Origin: Thermodesulfobacteriota bacterium
GTDB lineage: Bacteria > Desulfobacterota > WTBG01 > JAGOGO01
Direction of reading: 5' to 3'
Length of the DNA: 37,530 nucleotides
Assembly: GCA_035256645.1 (NCBI GenBank)
Contig: DATEXU010000194.1
Span: 1 to 37,530, forward strand
Notes under the pieces: generated by a model
Databases searched by the model: none
Told to the model about the DNA's origin: nothing
The model's input: the letters and a program-made list of their open reading frames with translations, nothing else
Position numbers and translations under genes: made by a program
Shown: positions 33,692-37,530 of the stretch, one piece after another
Layout of the letters: the number at the start of each line of letters is the position of its first letter
Position numbering within the stretch: position 1 is the stretch's first letter

Positions 33692-33997
33692 AATAACACA
33701 TGGAAAAAGGGTGAATTTAACGGATAGCTTTGTATGACTACCCCTCCTTTTTTATAGAAAAAAGTTACTTTATTCAACACGTTAATTTTCAAAAAGTCAA
33801 CCAAATTATTCCCTTTATTATGAAGAAAATATGGTCGGGTAATTAGTCTCAGTCCTTCACGCGCTTCCAAAATCTCTGTAATTGCCTCACCGTCAACACC
33901 CGCACATTTTACAGTGAAGGTCGCAGTGGTTGGTTAGTTCTATATCAACTACTGTTGGTGCAAAACAACGAAACCGCGAAAAAACAAAGGGAACCAA
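33688..33997 (-). pseudogene. Frameshifted, truncated radical-SAM gene remnant
   Basis: Hand translation of the minus strand gives (TTG 33997) ..VVDIELTNHCDLHCKMCGC-stop (33893), a textbook radical-SAM CX3CX2C N-terminus (motif at 33902..33925). The reading continues one frame over as the 60-aa ORF 33688..33870. The total is far too short for a functional enzyme. Confidence 0.4.
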
Positions 33998-34074
33998 TCT
34001 TAACGACTGAAAAAAAGGGGTTGTTTTAATCTTTTGAAAAGAATGTAGTAAAGCCAGAGTGGGTGAAGAAAATT

Positions 34075-34791
34075 TTAGTTCACTTTTTTTTCAATCAAAC
34101 TCTCAGTAATTGTTGTACCAACTTTTTTCCCTCGTTGGCGGTCGAGAGCGGCTTTGAGGATCTGAACACGCTGGTTAATGAAACTGCGTTTTATGATACC
34201 CTTATTCTGTTTATGAAGACGCCGGAGAAGAACCAAATCAGGCAGTATGATCATCGAGAGACCTTTCTCCATCGCTCTTAGGTACCAACTCATGTCGGTT
34301 CCTACGACCCATTGAGTTTCAAAGAGACCAACTCGAAAAAAAGCTTCTCGCTTGATGAGCATTGCCTGCATCAAATGTCCTGGCAGTAATTCATCAGTAC
34401 AGCGTATTTTTTTTCTCTCACTTTCATCCATTTCCGGACTGTAGAATTGTTTTACGTACCCAGTAACGATATCCGCGTGAGGATTGGCATGAAAAGCGGT
34501 CATCTGAAGTTCGTTTTTATTTTTCGTCCAAAGATCATCAGCGTCAAGAAAGGCAATAAATTCGCCTTGAGCGGCAACAATACCGGCGTTTCGAGCTGCC
34601 CCAAGCCCCTGATTGGTTTGATACATATAGCGGAGGTTTTGATAGGATCGAGCAATGTCAGCAGTATTGTCGATTGACCCATCATCAATAATGATCACCT
34701 CAAATGGTTGATGTGTCTGGGCCAACACACTATCAATCGTTTCTGCTAAATAACGCTCGCCGTTATAAACCGGAATAATAACACTTATCAC
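34075..34791 (-). CDS. Glycosyltransferase family 2
   Basis: 238 aa. ISVIIPVYNGERYLAETIDSVLAQT, VIIIDDGSIDNT, FLDADDLW. A tandem paralogue of the upstream GT2, with a 4-nt overlap. Confidence 0.88.
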   Translation of the reverse strand: MISVIIPVYNGERYLAETIDSVLAQTHQPFEVIIIDDGSIDNTADIARSYQNLRYMYQTNQGLGAARNAGIVAAQGEFIAFLDADDLWTKNKNELQMTAFHANPHADIVTGYVKQFYSPEMDESERKKIRCTDELLPGHLMQAMLIKREAFFRVGLFETQWVVGTDMSWYLRAMEKGLSMIILPDLVLLRRLHKQNKGIIKRSFINQRVQILKAALDRQRGKKVGTTITESLIEKKVN

Positions 34792-35501
34792 CCTTGTTCC
34801 TCATCAAGAGAAGTTGATTTCTTCGTCTGGCCCTTGCTCCGCTGGCGGTCAATCGAAGATTTTAGTGCCCTCAAAACATCGTGACGCATTTCATCTAAAT
34901 GATGCGTTAGGTTCCGGTCGTGAACCCGGTAAATTAACAGCGTCTCCGGAAGAACGGCCATGGGAATTCCGGCATCCCTGGCCCGTGCTAACCATTCCGC
35001 ATTTTCGGCGAACTTGTAATCTGGATTATAATAACCCACCGTCTCGAAAATATTTTTTCGTGCGACTAAGGTACTCGGTATAAGCCCCGGGCTGTCGTGT
35101 TCAATATACCATGATGGCGTTTTAACCCCTTCTTCAATGATCATTCTTCGGTGAGCATAAACAAACCCCACATCAGGGTGTTGGGCCAAATACGAAACTT
35201 GCCTGCTTAATTTTTCCGGCATCCACATATCATCGGCATCGAGAAAAGCAAGAAACTCCCCTTGGGCCGCGGCAATACCGGTGTTCCGGGCACCTGAAAG
35301 ACCCTTATTTTTCTGGAAGAGATAACGAATATTCTTGTAGAAGCGCGCAATTTCAGCGGTGCCATCGGTTGAGCCGTCATCAACAACAATAATTTCAATT
35401 GGGCGATAGTCCTGAGCCAGCACGCTTTGAATGCTTTCCGCCAAATAACGCTCGCCGTTATAAACCGGAATAATAACACTTAATAAAGGTCCTTGCATCA
35501 C
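34788..35501 (-). CDS. Glycosyltransferase family 2
   Basis: 237 aa. LSVIIPVYNGERYLAESIQSVLAQDY, IIVVDDGSTDGT, FLDADDMW. Confidence 0.88.
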   Translation of the reverse strand: MMQGPLLSVIIPVYNGERYLAESIQSVLAQDYRPIEIIVVDDGSTDGTAEIARFYKNIRYLFQKNKGLSGARNTGIAAAQGEFLAFLDADDMWMPEKLSRQVSYLAQHPDVGFVYAHRRMIIEEGVKTPSWYIEHDSPGLIPSTLVARKNIFETVGYYNPDYKFAENAEWLARARDAGIPMAVLPETLLIYRVHDRNLTHHLDEMRHDVLRALKSSIDRQRSKGQTKKSTSLDEEQG

Positions 35502-35541
35502 TCACATCCTTTCCGGAAAACAAATAATACCTCAGGGTTCA

Positions 35542-36651
35542 TCACGCCCAGGCATTCACAGAATTATCATTTTTTGAAAGTAAATCTAAAATAATATCCG
35601 GCACGTTATCAGTATTTTTCCCAAGTTCTAAAAAATAACCTGGCAGGTGTCTGTTTAACCGGGCCATAAAGGATAGATCTTCCTGGGTCGCGCCCCGTAA
35701 CTGCAACATTGTACTGGGCGCAAAAGCCAATAAAGTGTCCCTTGGCGAAGCCGGGGTCAATCTGGTTTTTTCCCCACCTGTGATTCGTGGCACCAAGAGA
35801 GCGCGAACCGGAAAACCTCTTGAAATTTTTTCTGGCCAGTGTCTGTTTAAAAAAAGAAGGGCCTTCTCCTCCGCAAGCCGCTCTATATTCTCTGCTGCTA
35901 ATGCCAAATGAGGAAATCTTTGAAGACCTTTCTCGTCGATCTTGGCAGAGGAATAAACACTGTGGGCGTAAGGATGCGAATCCCTGTCCACCAGACAGTA
36001 ATCATCACTTACGTAACAAAGTTTCGATTGCAGACAGGCTAAAGCGGTCGTTGACTTTCCGGAACCGCCTTCACCGACCAGCAGTATACCACCTGTATCT
36101 ATGCCGATAGCTCCGGAATGCAGTAACTGAAGCCGGTGATTATTCGCCCACCATTGAAAAAGAGCGCGGAGCGGAGAACTTCGCTCATAATACGAGATTT
36201 TGAAGACATCAGGAACCCAAAAAATGGCAGTATTCAGTTTTGTATCCAGCATACTGAGCGTGTCTGTTCCTACCTGGTAAGCTCCGCGAATCCGTTCATC
36301 ATAAAAATATATGACCGGATTCGTTCCCTCGTTTGGACTTTGGATGTTTTTTGCCATCGTTACATTCTCATCCCAGGGAAAAGAGGGAATTTGTTTTTTT
36401 GTGGAAGCGCCATCCCATAAACAAACCGTCAACGATTGTTCCGGTACCCGTTCAGCAACTAAGTGTTCCAAGGCCGGAGATAGAGAGTCCACTAATGTTT
36501 GCCCCACAAAACGTAACCTTACCGTGTGATTGGCAATAGTATAAAATCGGTCTACAGCGCTTGTATCCTGTTCAGCGTCTAAAAAAACTCTGAAGGCTTC
36601 ATTGAAATATGAAAGTAACAAAATAAATGACCCGGTAGAAGAGTTTTTCAT
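35542..36651 (-). CDS. HPr-kinase-like P-loop protein (HprK-related kinase)
   Basis: 369 aa. GILLVGEGGSGKSTTALACLQSKLCYVSDDYCLV mirrors the HprK C-terminal catalytic-domain pattern G.L..G.SG.GKS..AL.L.....L..DD.V. P-loop codons verified at 36052..36075. Confidence 0.7.
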   Translation of the reverse strand: MKNSSTGSFILLLSYFNEAFRVFLDAEQDTSAVDRFYTIANHTVRLRFVGQTLVDSLSPALEHLVAERVPEQSLTVCLWDGASTKKQIPSFPWDENVTMAKNIQSPNEGTNPVIYFYDERIRGAYQVGTDTLSMLDTKLNTAIFWVPDVFKISYYERSSPLRALFQWWANNHRLQLLHSGAIGIDTGGILLVGEGGSGKSTTALACLQSKLCYVSDDYCLVDRDSHPYAHSVYSSAKIDEKGLQRFPHLALAAENIERLAEEKALLFLNRHWPEKISRGFPVRALLVPRITGGEKTRLTPASPRDTLLAFAPSTMLQLRGATQEDLSFMARLNRHLPGYFLELGKNTDNVPDIILDLLSKNDNSVNAWA

Positions 36652-36707
36652 GTGTCCCGTTTGTTATCCAAACGAGAGTTGAAAAGACAACACAATATTA
36701 GCAAGTA

Positions 36708-36810
36708 AACCCCGTTAGAAGGCTTTCACAGGGGGTAAATGCCCCGTGTAAAAAGTGTAAGAATCTTTAATTTTACCCCGTGCTTCTGCTCGGGGCATTT
36801 CTAGCGGGGT
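36708..36810 (+). repeat. MITE-like structured repeat, copy 2 (inside the pqqD-like / hprK-like spacer)
   Basis: Same 28-nt left block and same TIR type as 19767..19867. The central hairpin is gggg-taaatg-cccc, the reverse complement of the copy 1 loop. Confidence 0.7.
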
Positions 36811-36874
36811 AAACCTGAACTTATTTTTTTATTTTCGCTCAGAAATAAAATAAAGGTACTGACATTTCTTCACA

Positions 36875-37330
36875 TTATTCAGGTTTGTTTTTAGGCCAGT
36901 CGGTGTAATCAATTTCATGAATTGGGTCTACCAACAAAAAATCCTGCATGTTAGTAAATTTACTGAGAACCGGGAACTCGAAAATGAGTTTTTCTGTTTC
37001 GGAACCGATGGTATTTTTGTTATGAAAACTTTTGGTGCTTTCGGTTTTTTGCGTTTCATCCGGAACAATCAGTCCCTCCTCTTTTAATTCGCTCAAAAAT
37101 TTTTTTACCGCATCTTCAATAGTCGAAAAGCTCTCTACGTATCGCTGAGAAATCTCCTCGATGATTTCAGTCTCCGAAGCACGGTTTTGTATAAATCCCC
37201 AGATATCTGTCCCAACCTTTTCACAGCTATAGTAATTACCACTATCAAGATTAATTAAGACAAGTTCATCATCAAATTTCTCATAGACGACGCTCGGTTT
37301 ATTAATTCTAAATCGCAAATCTTTGTTCAT
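36875..37330 (-). CDS. PqqD-family (RRE-type peptide-binding) protein with ~60-aa C-terminal extension
   Basis: 151 aa, aagaggag SD. VVYEKFDDELVLINLDSGNYYSCEKVGTDIWGFIQNRASETEIIEEISQRY...AVKKFLSELKEEGLI matches the PqqD/PF05402 pattern. Confidence 0.75.
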   Translation of the reverse strand: MNKDLRFRINKPSVVYEKFDDELVLINLDSGNYYSCEKVGTDIWGFIQNRASETEIIEEISQRYVESFSTIEDAVKKFLSELKEEGLIVPDETQKTESTKSFHNKNTIGSETEKLIFEFPVLSKFTNMQDFLLVDPIHEIDYTDWPKNKPE

Positions 37331-37417
37331 TCTCTGTTTCTCCTCTTAGTTTTCATTCAGTGTTGATCTGCCGGTTAACTCAAGCACCAAAAAACGAGGT
37401 CCCATTCACCACCTACC

Positions 37418-37530
37418 CTACGCGATTTTTAAAACCTTAGCGCCTCTAATTTTTCGTTCCTTAAGTTCTACCAGCGCTTGATTTGCCTCCTCCAGTCTGA
37501 ATTCCTGAATCTCAGGCTTTATCGGAATTT
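37418..37530 (-). CDS. C-terminal end of a Zn-ADH / quinone-oxidoreductase-family (MDR) protein (partial, runs off the window)
   Basis: Hand-translated: ..IPIKPEIQEFRLEEANQALVELKERKIRGAKVLKIA-stop (stop at 37418..37420). This is the typical MDR C-terminus (L.eaN.Al..l...k.rGr.VL). Confidence 0.55.
   Translation of the reverse strand, partial: IPIKPEIQEFRLEEANQALVELKERKIRGAKVLKIA

Noticed and set aside
36715-36798. 27-aa minus-strand ORF (MPRAEARGKIKDSYTFYTGHLPPVKAF) between the PqqD-like and HprK-like genes, considered as a RiPP precursor
   Set aside because: It lies wholly inside the MITE-like repeat. The other repeat copy (19767..19867) has no equivalent ORF, so the coding potential is most likely accidental.
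1-37530. CRISPR arrays, rRNA genes, intact integrase/transposase, known multi-gene defence systems
   Set aside because: I scanned for regularly spaced direct repeats and for hallmark motifs and found none. The only repeats are the two dispersed families and the palindromic element reported above.

Overview
Bacterial chromosomal window; I cannot assign a taxon from sequence alone. All product calls rest on motif recognition by eye, with no searches run.

Layout:
- (1) 1-11.9 kb: accessory glycan/small-molecule region. It holds three paralogous GT2 genes, two in tandem on + and one inverted, frameshifted and fused to an IS1595-type transposase remnant. These bracket a radical-SAM/SPASM gene and a minus-strand operon: stand-alone A-T-TE enzyme, O-methyltransferase, Zn-ADH, GT-A-like protein.
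- (2) 12.2-18.1 kb: core housekeeping block tRNA-Leu(UAG)-tig-clpP-clpX-lon-tRNA-Val(UAC).
- (3) 18.1-20.9 kb: small accessory patch at tRNA-Val. It holds a nested palindromic element, hicBA, a degenerate second tRNA-Val copy, brnTA, a MITE-like repeat, two small ORFs and a BON lipoprotein.
- (4) 21.0-26.6 kb: visibly more G+C-rich minus-strand module DUF1854 / ABC exporter / cyanophycin synthetase, followed by a DUF4197 gene.
- (5) 27.9-37.3 kb: unidirectional minus-strand polysaccharide operon (GT4, gmd, GT4, Wzx-like flippase, Wzy/O-antigen-ligase-like protein, radical-SAM remnant, two GT2). It is headed by a PqqD-like protein and an HPr-kinase-like P-loop protein.
- The window ends inside a Zn-ADH/quinone-oxidoreductase-like gene.

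Most interesting:
- The A-T-TE enzyme, whose thioesterase carries Cys (GHCNG) instead of Ser, and its tailoring operon.
- The PqqD-like/HprK-like pair heading a glycan operon with no visible peptide substrate.
- The cyanophycin synthetase-ABC-DUF1854 module, bounded by ~125-bp direct repeats next to tRNA-Val.
- Two unrelated short repeat families, one showing a hairpin-loop inversion between its copies.

No CRISPR array, rRNA or intact transposase/integrase was seen.
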